Positions 10,158 to 20,000 of a stretch of 20,000 nt of DNA are shown here, piece by piece. Position 1 is the stretch's first letter. Every line of letters begins with the position of its first letter. A program made the translations under genes and the position numbers. The stretch comes from Neovahlkampfia damariscottae (Eukaryota), in the NCBI GenBank assembly GCA_016618085.1, contig JABLTG010000033.1, positions 115,603 through 135,602 of the forward strand, read 5' to 3'. The notes beneath the pieces are model-generated. The model searched no databases and was not told where the DNA came from. It saw only the letters and a list, made by a program, of their open reading frames with translations.

Positions 10158-11243
10158 TCATTCATCTAAGAAATCACTTGTTTTTGATTTTTCATTTTTC
10201 AAATACATCTCTTTATAGTCAATAGTATTACTTGTAGCAGGTGTTGGTTTTGAAAATCTTGAAACTGTTTCTTCTGAAACTTGAATTTCTTCTTGTTGTT
10301 TAGTTTTTTTATTTTCAGGTGATTTTGATTTTCTTTTTGGAGATTCTGATCGTTTTCTTTTCTTTTCTGAATATCTATCAATGTCTATTTTGTTTTCTCT
10401 TCTTTTATCATAACCTCCTCTTGTGTTATCTCTTTCATTGTCATAATATCTTTTATCTCTGTAATCTATTCTATCATCATATGTTCTGTCATCTCTTTTA
10501 TAGTCGTACCTTCTTTCCTTTTGATAATCTCTTCTTTCGTATTTTTCATTTTCTCTTATTTTTTTTTCTTCATATTTTGAATTGTTTTGTAATGAAGAAT
10601 AATTGTCTTTGAATCCTCTATTCTTAGGTTTTTCAACTGTTGTTTCTTCTCCAATAAATTTCTCTTTTAATTTTTTTAAATGAACCACCGGAATTCTTGG
10701 AAATAATGTTCCAAGAAATTTTTGGTCCAATATGATTTCAATCATAAATTTTCCAATGGTAATGGTTTTATTTGATTTGTATTCAAATTCTTTTTCTAAA
10801 TGAGTTACTTCTTCATAAAATTTTAATTGTTCTTCAGGTTCAACTGTATAACGAATATACAACATACCAAGTGCTTGTACGTAACTGAATGTTAATTTTA
10901 TATTGTTAGTTTACCAATTTTTATGCTTTAAAAGTTGTTTCAATAGATGACCAGTCAGTTTCATTGTGAACAATTTGTATAAAAGACAGTAGGCATTTGA
11001 AGGAGTCATTGGCGATGAATAAGGTTCTAAATTTGTAACTGTCTCTATTATTTCGGTCAAAACTAATTTGAAAGCATTCTTTTCACTATTGAAATTTTAA
11101 TTTTTTTTTTTTTTTTACAATAGTTTTTTGAAATATTTTGAGGAATGAATATGTGTCATCAATACAGTCGGCAAATTCATTGTTGATGCATTTCCCCATA
11201 TTTTCAATTTTTGACCAATTTGTTTGGTTTTGTCTTCACTCAT
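10158..11243 (-). CDS. PRPF38B: Pre-mRNA-splicing factor 38 family (PRP38B-like) with R/D/Y-rich, RS-like tail
   Basis: Exons 11243-11119, 11085-10915, 10884-10158 (introns 33 and 30 nt) give WGNASTMNLP...SSKYFK, PSNAYCLLYKLFT, YVQALGMLYIRYT and FLGTLFPRIPV. Confidence 0.88.
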
Positions 11244-11443
11244 TGTTGCACTTCTCAATAAAATGGTTGGTCAATTTTTTTGCAAAATCAATGAAGTTTC
11301 AAAGTTCATTTGAATTATATCTTAAACGTTGAAAAACTCATAATTTGACATATAAAAAATTAGCTATTTTTAGATTGGTCAACTATAAATTGATTGGAAA
11401 ATGAAGAAAACTCATTGGTTGATTCTTTTCAAACAAACAACAC
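11244..11443. promoter_or_regulatory. 200-nt bidirectional PRP38/TBP promoter with clustered CCAAT-type boxes
   Basis: GTTGGTCAAT at 11266, ATTGGTCAAC at 11374, ATTGG at 11393 and 11414; TATAAA at 11384-11389. Confidence 0.55.
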
Positions 11444-12359
11444 ATGTCCGATTACTTCAATAAAACTCCTCTTGAATCTAATGATATATCTTCTCATCAC
11501 TTTGGCTTGAACACAGTTCTTCAAAATAATTTACAAGATGATGAAGAAGACTATGAACAAAAATTACATCTTTCTTCCATTACAGATTTTCAAACCACCA
11601 CACCATCACTTGCAACACCATCAACACCTATGTTTCAAACACCTATTTCAACACCTATTTCAACGCCAATATCAAGTACAAATCAAACACAACAACTTCA
11701 AGAAAATACAGCTGAACAAATATTACAAAATGGACCTGGAATAACACCTCAATTACAGTGAGTTATTTTTTTTTATTACTAAAAATAAGAAATGTTGTTT
11801 CAACTGTAAATCTTGGAATTAAGTTAGATTTGAAACACATTGCACTTCATGCAAGAAATGCTGAATATAATCCAAAAAGATTTGCTGCTCTAATCATGAG
11901 AATTAGAGAACCAAAAACAACAGCTTTGATTTTTGCGAGTGGAAAAATGGTTTGTACAGGAGCAAAGTCTGAAGAAGAAAGCAGACTCGCAGCGAGAAAA
12001 TATGCAAGAATTGTTCAAAAATTAGGATTTAAAGCAAAATTTTCAGACTTTAAAATCCAAAACATAGTTGGTTCTTGTGATGTTGGATTTCCAATTCGAC
12101 TTGAAGGTTTAGTTTGTGCTCATGGTCATTTTTCATCAGTAAAAAAAAACAATTTTAACATTTTTAATAGTATGAACCTGAGTTATTTCCTGGATTGATT
12201 TACAGAATGGTTAGTCCAAAAATTGTGTTGTTAATTTTTGTTTCTGGTAAAATTGTATTAACTGGAGCTAAAGTAAGAGAAGAAACTTATCAAGCGTTTA
12301 ATAATATATACCCTATATTATTAGATTTTAAAAAAGAATCGACAAGTGAAAAAGAATAA
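11444..12359 (+). CDS. TBP: TATA-box-binding protein
   Basis: Exons 11444-11757, 11790-12138, 12171-12359 (two 32-nt introns). Motifs [63 protein letters not shown]. Confidence 0.98.
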
Positions 12360-12372
12360 AAGACTCTTTTTT

Positions 12373-13200
<828 letters not shown>

Positions 13201-13314
13201 TCATAAAATAACTATTTACATCAAAACTAAAATTCTTAATTTTTTATTTGTTTTTTTTTGACTTTGTCATCCTCATCTTTAATATTTCTTTTCAGAAAAG
13301 GTTGATTTCACATT

Positions 13315-14195
13315 TCATTTCTTGTTCATAAGTTTTAAAACATCAGGATGATCTTCAATAGGTTCATCTTCATCAGAAGAAGACAAAGAACCATCAAAAT
13401 CATCATCAAAAGTAAAAGTACCATCTGAAATAGGACTTTTACTTCCATCAGTATAAACAGTATCTGTGACTATTCTAACTTCTTCATGAACTTTTTCTAA
13501 TTTTTTTTGAATTTTTAAAGCTGGTTCTTCTGAATCTAAATCTTCAATAGTTGACCATAATCTTTGTGATTGATTCATTGCTTTTTTATAAATTGGAGAC
13601 ATTGGTGATTTTAAAGTCTTTTGAATTGTTTTATCTATAATGGGTGATTTTTTTACATCTTCTTTTTCTGGTGTTGTATCATCAAATATTATCGGATCTA
13701 TTTCTTTCTTTGGTTGTCTTGGTGTCTTCATTGGACTTAATAAAATTGGTGAAGTGAATTGATAGACAGTAACAGGTGAAGAGTGATCACTTTCAGGTGA
13801 TGCAAATTCAGTTATAGGTTCAAATTTTCTTGTTTGGAGTGGTTTTAAACCAACATTTAAATTTTGTTTCATTTCTTCAGTTACAGGTGAAGTATTTGGT
13901 GAAATTGAATGTTCAGTAGAAATAGAACAATCTGATGATTTTATACTATCGACACCAGAACCATTTTTCTTCTTCAGTTTTGAAAATATATTTTTGAATG
14001 GATTTTTTTCTTTTGCTGAAGGTGAAGAAACATTACTTTTTACATCTGTACTGACAGAAGAAACACTTGATAGATTTGAGTGGTTGAATTTCTTCTTTCG
14101 GAGTAACTTTAAAAGTTGTCAATGAATATTTTTCTTACTTCATCAAAATCTTCAACGTCTGCTGTGGAGTTACTTTCAGAGGTGGAGTTAAACAT
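13315..14195 (-). CDS. Hypothetical Ser/Thr-Pro-rich disordered protein
   Basis: ATG at 14195 (MFNSTSESNSTADVEDFDE), intron 14107-14138, then an open frame from 14106 into the 13315-13872 ORF. Many SP/TP sites; CCAAT 11 nt upstream of the ATG. Confidence 0.72.
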
Positions 14196-14240
14196 GATGT
14201 TTTTTGATTGGATAACGTTTTTTCTTCCAATTTAAAAGAA

Positions 14241-15162
14241 TTATTTTTTATTTTGAACAAAAACTTCCATTTCAGCCATACAAGATGAAAATTTACCACA
14301 AAATCCAAATTCTTCATCACACTCGAATGTTTCTCCGAGATGTGTGAACACTTGATCATTTACACAATGAAGAGCATCCTAAATTAAAAAATGAATCATT
14401 TGATGAATTTACAGCTCCAAAACATGCACTTTTTTCATTTGAATAGAAGACTGCATATTCAGATGCTTGCTTATTGAGGAGATTCAATTTATATTTCTTT
14501 TGTCTTTTTGGAGTTACAAGTGAAAATAAAAAACATTCTTCATCTTTAAAAAATCCACCATGAGAACGCCAAGGTTCTATATATTATCCAATTTAATGAA
14601 ATAAATGATTACTTGAAGTATATCCACCAAAAATCCAACCATTGGTGGTTAAAATCAAAACGATAGATGGTCCAATACCATCACAACATGAATGGAATGA
14701 CAATGCATCAAAACCATCTCTTGTTGCTCTATAAACAGATTTCCATTTTTTATTGGGGAAAAATGAACTTAACATTGATGAAAGTTCAAGATTCAAAATG
14801 TGTGATCCAAGAAAGATAAAGTTACGTTCTGATAGAAAATTTGTAAAATTTGTTAATCCATAAAATTTTGTTTCTTCAATCAGTTCTTTTAATTCTTTTT
14901 CTTCATCTGGAAAGAAACATTTCTCCAAGTCACCAAAATTTCTCAAATAGTTCAAAATATAACGAAAATAAGTTGGATCTCTATCTATAAAAATGTTTTG
15001 ATTTTCATCTCGTTGAATAGTTTCTGGATGTTTGAATAATTCATTGAAATAATTTTCTTCTGATTGATTTGTATCTTTGTTGGTCATAGTTTGAGTTAAA
15101 TTGGATTTGTATGTGGAAAATATTTGTCCACCAACGTTCAAAGTGATTATTTCTTCTTCCAT
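14241..15162 (-). CDS. KCTD-type BTB/POZ plus TLDc domain protein
   Basis: Exons 15162-14613, 14576-14413, 14378-14241. BTB motifs IITLNVGGQIFST and IFIDRDPTYFRYILNYLR; TLDc motifs VYRATRDGF..FHSCCD, IFGGYTS.PW, FLFSL and terminal EMEVF. Confidence 0.9.
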
Positions 15163-15372
15163 TTTTTTTGTTGTGATCTAAAAAATGTGCCAATAGAATT
15201 TGTTAAAAAAAAAGCAAATGTATCTGTATCCATGCCACCAACTTATTCAGTGCAAAAAAAAAAACAATTTCATTTTTTGATAACTTACAGATCCATTTTT
15301 CTTTTGAAATAAAAAAACAAAAGAGGTTTAAGTTATAAACCATCAAAACCAATCGGAGCAATTGACCAATAG

Positions 15373-16521
15373 ATGAGGAGAATTCTACAAACACCTTTGA
15401 AGAAACAAAATAAATTTGTAAATTTTGTTTCACCACAAAAATTTTTCTACACAACTCCTGTATTAACTACAGAAGCTATTGAACAAGAATACAAAAAAGT
15501 TGAAGAACTCAAAGCGGAATTGAAAAATCCAGATTTAACTGAATCTGAAAGACAACGATTAAAACTTGATATAAAACAATTTGAATTCATTTTCAAAGCA
15601 TTATTAGATCCTTCTTCACTTAAAAATTTCAATATGGATGATGTTGATGTCAAACAAAATGCAAATTTAGGAGGTTCATTTAAAAAAAAATTGACAATTA
15701 AAAAAAGGTATTTTTGAGGTTCCAAAGCCAAGAGATAGAGGTATTTTTTTCAACTCTGTTCAATATGTTTTTGAAAATAACGAACATAAAGGTAAAATCG
15801 TTAAAAAAGTTTTTGTGTTAATCTTTTACAAGTACAATTTTCAATTGGAAAAAGATCACCAAAATTATTTTTCCTCAGAACAAAGAATGAACATGTGGTT
15901 ATATTTCCGAATAAAACAAGTGCTATTGCTGTTCTTTCTGAATGGGAAATTCAAACAGACATGATTAGAGATGATAATCTTCCTTTAAGTTTATTATTTG
16001 GTCAAATTGAAGACTTAAAAAGAGATGAATTAACAAGAGAAAAAGCAAAAAATGAAATTTTGAAATATTTTGAAGCAGAAACAATTTGTCATAGAGAATT
16101 GATTGAAAATCCAGATATTATTGCAAAATACAATGAAGTTTGGAATCCTATTGTTGAATGGTTCAATGAAACATTTGAAACAAAACTTAAAATATTTGAT
16201 TCTTCGGAGTTGATCGGTGATGCTAATCAAATTGATGCTAGAAATGCGTTCAAAAAAGAACTTGACACTTATGATGCTTATCAAATTGGTTTATTGTATT
16301 CTTTAGTGAAAGTATCAGATTCTGTTGTTATTTCAATTGCAATGTTAAAAGGATTTTTAAATGAAGAAGAAACTTTACAAGCAATGTGTGCTGATGTATT
16401 GGTTTCCATTGATAATGATGGATTAGTTTATGGAGAACATGATATTTTGTTATCACAAAAAAGAATGAAATTATCAACTATTGCATTAGTGAAAGCATTA
16501 ATTTCAAAAGATATTGAATAA
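15373..16521 (+). CDS. ATP12: Mitochondrial F1-ATPase assembly chaperone ATP12/ATPAF2-like
   Basis: Exons 15373-15673, 15708-15791, 15833-16521 (introns 34 and 41 nt). Presequence-like N-terminus MRRILQTPLKK; LRT...P...AIAVLSEWEIQ, LPLS, WNPIVEWFN, C-terminal G.V...HD. Confidence 0.8.
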
Positions 16522-16603
16522 ATTTCGAAGCTTCCTTTGTTTTTTTTTATCCAATCAAATCAAGAATCAAATTCCTAGCACAAAAAAAGAGAGTAATTGA
16601 ATA

Positions 16604-17359
16604 ATGAAGTTGTTCCACTTTTTAACAATGTTACTTATATTTGTTTCATTATTAGGAACTTCTTTGTTATATTATATTCATCATCATCATGGAATGTCTC
16701 ATTCAGAAAATAAACAACTTTCTTCTTTGATTCATAAAAAAGATTTGGACAAAAATTTGAAATCAAGGTCTTCAAAAAAACCAACAAAACAAAAAAGAAA
16801 AATCATAATTACAACCATTGATAATTCAGAACCAATGAATATAAATGAAACTTTATTGATGAATCAAAACATGAATTATTTGTATCTGTTGAATCAAAAT
16901 TTAAAAAAGTATGCAGAGGTGAAAACATCTCCTATAAGAGAAGGAGAACTTGGACTGTTCACAAAAAGAAATTTAAAAAAAGGTGATCATATTATTTACA
17001 TTACAGGAATTGTGAAATCTTATGAAGAGATTGATGAGTACAATTCTGATAATGTTGAATCAATTTTGAATCAAATTTCAACTTTAGATAATAGATTTTA
17101 TATTATTCCAAGGAAAAAAGATTATTGGTCTTTTATAAATCATAAAGATGAAAGATATCGAAATTCAGAATTTGTTGAACTATATTATGAATTTAAAACA
17201 AGAGGACATAGAGAAATAAGTAATATTAGAGCAAAAAGAGGTTCACAAGTATTAGTTGTTCGTGCCATTAAAACAATTGAAAAAGGTGAAGAAATTTTTG
17301 TTGATTACGGTGATGATTATGATTATGAAGATGCAAAATTTGAGAGATTTTCAAAATAA
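16604..17359 (+). CDS. SET-domain (lysine methyltransferase-like) protein with N-terminal hydrophobic signal or anchor
   Basis: SET motifs SPI..GELGLFTKRNLKKG, FINH, RAIKTIEKGEEIFVDYG..Y; residues 3-25 strongly hydrophobic. Confidence 0.85.
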   Translation: MKLFHFLTMLLIFVSLLGTSLLYYIHHHHGMSHSENKQLSSLIHKKDLDKNLKSRSSKKPTKQKRKIIITTIDNSEPMNINETLLMNQNMNYLYLLNQNLKKYAEVKTSPIREGELGLFTKRNLKKGDHIIYITGIVKSYEEIDEYNSDNVESILNQISTLDNRFYIIPRKKDYWSFINHKDERYRNSEFVELYYEFKTRGHREISNIRAKRGSQVLVVRAIKTIEKGEEIFVDYGDDYDYEDAKFERFSK

Positions 17360-17384
17360 AATTTGAAAAGTTTGAGTGAATATT

Positions 17385-19636
17385 TTATTGATTTTTATGA
17401 AGTTGAGCAAATAAATCCTGTAGAATTTTCACCAATGGATCATTTTCTTCTTTGAAATTTAAATTTGAAAGTGAAAAATGTTTTGGAATTTCTTCATACA
17501 ATTCATCAAGTTTTTTGAACATTGATTTACCAAATAATGTTACAACCATTTTAATTGCTGATTTTCCAGGTATCAATGTTTTTGGATCAATAATTATGAT
17601 GTATGATAATTTGGTTTGGTTATCATTGATTCTTTCAATTTCAGTGAATGATATATGACCAGCATGATGACCTTCAACTTCTATTTCTTTATCAGTCTTT
17701 GGGTCAATCACTTTAAACTTTAATTTTTCTTCAAATTCTTCAAAACTTGAAATATCACCAAGATATGGTCTTGATAGTCCAATAATCTTTGAACCATTAT
17801 TTGTCATTTTTAATGACTCAACCAATGTTATTTTTCTTGCAAGTTTCTTTGGAAATGTTCCATATTTGTCATTCTTCATAATGAAAGATGGAATATCATT
17901 CATTTTTAAATTTTCCACTTTTGAATCTTCTGGATTAACTTTTCGAACAAATTGGATTTTAGTTGAATTTCTACCCATTTTTTGTTTATTTTCAACACCA
18001 AAAAATGCAAAACAAAATGCTTCAAAAGAACAGTTCACAGTTCTTTGAATCATTAGATTTGTCGTATGTTGAAAAACTCTTGAATTTGGTATGAAATTTG
18101 AATTTGAATAATATATTTTATCATCCAAATGATTATAAATGAGATCCCAATGCATTGTTGAAGATGATAATTTTGAGAAATAATCATATTCAAAATCATA
18201 AATGAATGGTCTATTAAAATCCGAATCTGAATAAGAAAACTCAAAAAGATCATCTTTTGTGAATGAATTCTTTCTTGTCATCACTTTATAAACTAAATTT
18301 AACATTGGTTCATTTTTCAATGTTTTGAATGATTCCAAAGATACTTCATTTGTCATACTTTTTAAACCTTTTGAAAATGCTTTCTCCATTTGTGATCCAA
18401 TAATTTTACCACCAGTTGATGCAAAAAAACTACTACCTGATGAAATATATCCTTTAGGATCCAATACTTTGTTTTTAATAAATAAATGAACTTACATGTG
18501 ATAACTGAAACACCAGTTGTATAAGCATCTATAATTTCAATTTTAATCATCATCATCATTCCTATAAGATATCCATCAACTGTTTTCTTTTCACCTGATT
18601 TATCAACAAAATCCATTTTCATTTTCTTTGACCAGTCAATATTTTTACCTTTAAAATCACCAAGATAAGGTCTTCTTATATAAGTTAAACAACGATTTTC
18701 TTTATCATATTGAAGACAAAGAGCATCAATTGATTTTCTTGGTGTATTAAAAGGAAATGGTGGTTGAACATTTGTCTCTGCAATAATTGAATGAACTTGA
18801 TTTGCAATGATATCATCTGGATATTTTTTTGCAAGATTACTAATTGAAAAAGTCTCTCTAACTGAAAAATTTGTAATATAAGGATCTGTTTGTTCCATAT
18901 AATGTCTTGAAATTATAAAATTAGCTACTTTTTCAAATGAATATGGATAAGTAGTTTGCATTTTGAATGAATGTGCATTACTTAAAAATTTTGATTCTGG
19001 TAAGAAATGCATCTTACTCAAAAATAAATTAAATTTGTTTTTTGAATAAATAGACTCCCAAGCGAACGAATCTAAAAATAATTCATTCATAAAATCTAAT
19101 TCGTCTTTTGTTATAAATGGTTTTTCAAATGTTTCATCTGTAAATGGATATTTTAGAGCTGTTATAGCTTTCATAACTCTTGGATCATTTGAGTATTTAC
19201 TGATCATTTCTATGCATTTTTTTGTGCGAACGAACCTTGGAAAGTTATCAGCACGAAGTTCAGAAATTAATGTTTTTTTTAAAGGTGAAAAAATTTCATA
19301 AGCAGTTTCATCTAACACCCATTCATCTTCTTGTAGTTGTGTTTTAAAAGATTCCATCAATTTTTCTTTTGTAACAATAGAGATGTTAACTTCAAAATTT
19401 GAACCTGATTTAATGTAATGGTCTATGATGGTTTTACATTTTTCTATGATATCTTCATCATTATTTAATTCATTTAGTTCATTAATTTCTAAAACAGCTT
19501 TAAAAGGTTCTAAGTTATATTCAGAGGTTAAAAATTCCATAAAATGTTCTTGTATTTCTTTGAACTGAAAAACTGAATCAAATTCTACGGTGTAAGCAGT
19601 TATGTCAAACAAAGATGATTGCCTTATCACACTCAT
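17385..19636 (-). CDS. RGS domain plus two tandem START/SRPBCC-like domains (~740 aa)
   Basis: The two ORFs join via a 29-nt intron 18467-18495 (gtaagt...aaag). RGS motifs F.EFLTSEYNLE, IIDHYIK.GS.FEVNIS, DNFPRF; the remainder is an internal duplication. The START-like fold is inferred. Confidence 0.8.
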
Positions 19637-19781
19637 TCTCTATTGTATCTTCAACGGCCAATGAATTGATGGTTATTGTGATAAAAGTGGCCAATTAGAT
19701 TTAATTTTGCCAGTTATTTTTAGAATTTTTATTTGAAGTTGTTCAACTAGAAAATACTAAAAAAGATCTCAAGTATTTAAA

Positions 19782-20000
19782 ATGTCCAAACAGCTCAAAT
19801 TGGATTCATTTTGGAAAGAAAAAAATGTTACTTCAACATCAACAACAGAAGTGATAAAAAAAGAGAAAACTTGAAGAAACAAAAGAAACAAGAAATATGA
19901 AATCAACATATAAACAAGGAAAAGTTTCGTATCCTTTTTGGTGGACTAAAGAAAAAGAAGACATGCTACAAGTGAAAAGTATACCTTCAAGTTCTTCTTC
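19782..20000 (+). CDS. Partial 5' end of a gene with an N-terminal PIP-box-like motif and NLS; frame interrupted near 19856-19863
   Basis: ATG 19782 gives MSKQLKLDSFW...; this frame stops at 19872-19874, while the +1 frame continues KRKLEETKETRNMKSTYKQGKVSYPFWW to the window edge. Confidence 0.45.

Noticed and set aside
10086..10160. Open frame beyond the PRP38 TGA (readthrough or selenocysteine?)
   Set aside because: About 24 A-rich codons is within chance, no SECIS is seen, and TGA terminates another gene here.
8938..10612. Plus-strand ORFs (8938, 9358, 9636, 10036, 10319) and similar antisense ORFs elsewhere
   Set aside because: Antisense shadows of well-supported genes, with low-complexity F/L/I/K composition.
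14135..14359. 74-aa minus ORF as its own gene
   Set aside because: It is an off-frame shadow across the last TLDc exon and the first exon of the next gene.
18362..18495. Apparent overlap or frameshift between the two RGS-START ORFs
   Set aside because: Explained by a 29-nt intron with a perfect GTAAGT donor.
19925..19990. PFWW segment as a Fanzor/TnpB-like N-terminus
   Set aside because: The resemblance is only a few residues; no nuclease domain or element ends lie within the window.

Overview
Very AT-rich, extremely gene-dense eukaryotic (protist) nuclear DNA. The standard code fits, intergenic gaps are 13-290 nt, and I reconstruct 26 tiny GT-AG spliceosomal introns of 29-48 nt. A heterolobosean (Naegleria-like) origin is my inference, not proven. 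Manual splicing gives 14 complete protein genes: a triple-RhoGAP protein, an ATPase-less RarA/MgsA-C-like protein, FOXRED2, a coiled-coil orphan, a myristoylated EF-hand protein, Rab GDI, PRP38B-like, TBP, IDI, an S/T-P-rich orphan, BTB-TLDc, ATP12, a signal-anchored SET protein and RGS plus two START-like domains. There is also a tRNA-Arg(CCT) and a partial gene at the right edge. No mobile element, CRISPR array or operon-like system is supported. Best leads: two arginine-finger-less RhoGAP repeats sharing intron positions with an intact third; the ATPase-less clamp-loader-clade protein with a PIP-like box; a SET domain apparently entering the secretory pathway; a tRNA with a doubly mismatched acceptor stem; frequent AAG splice acceptors; and an ATG-proximal CCAAT/TTGACCAAT element.
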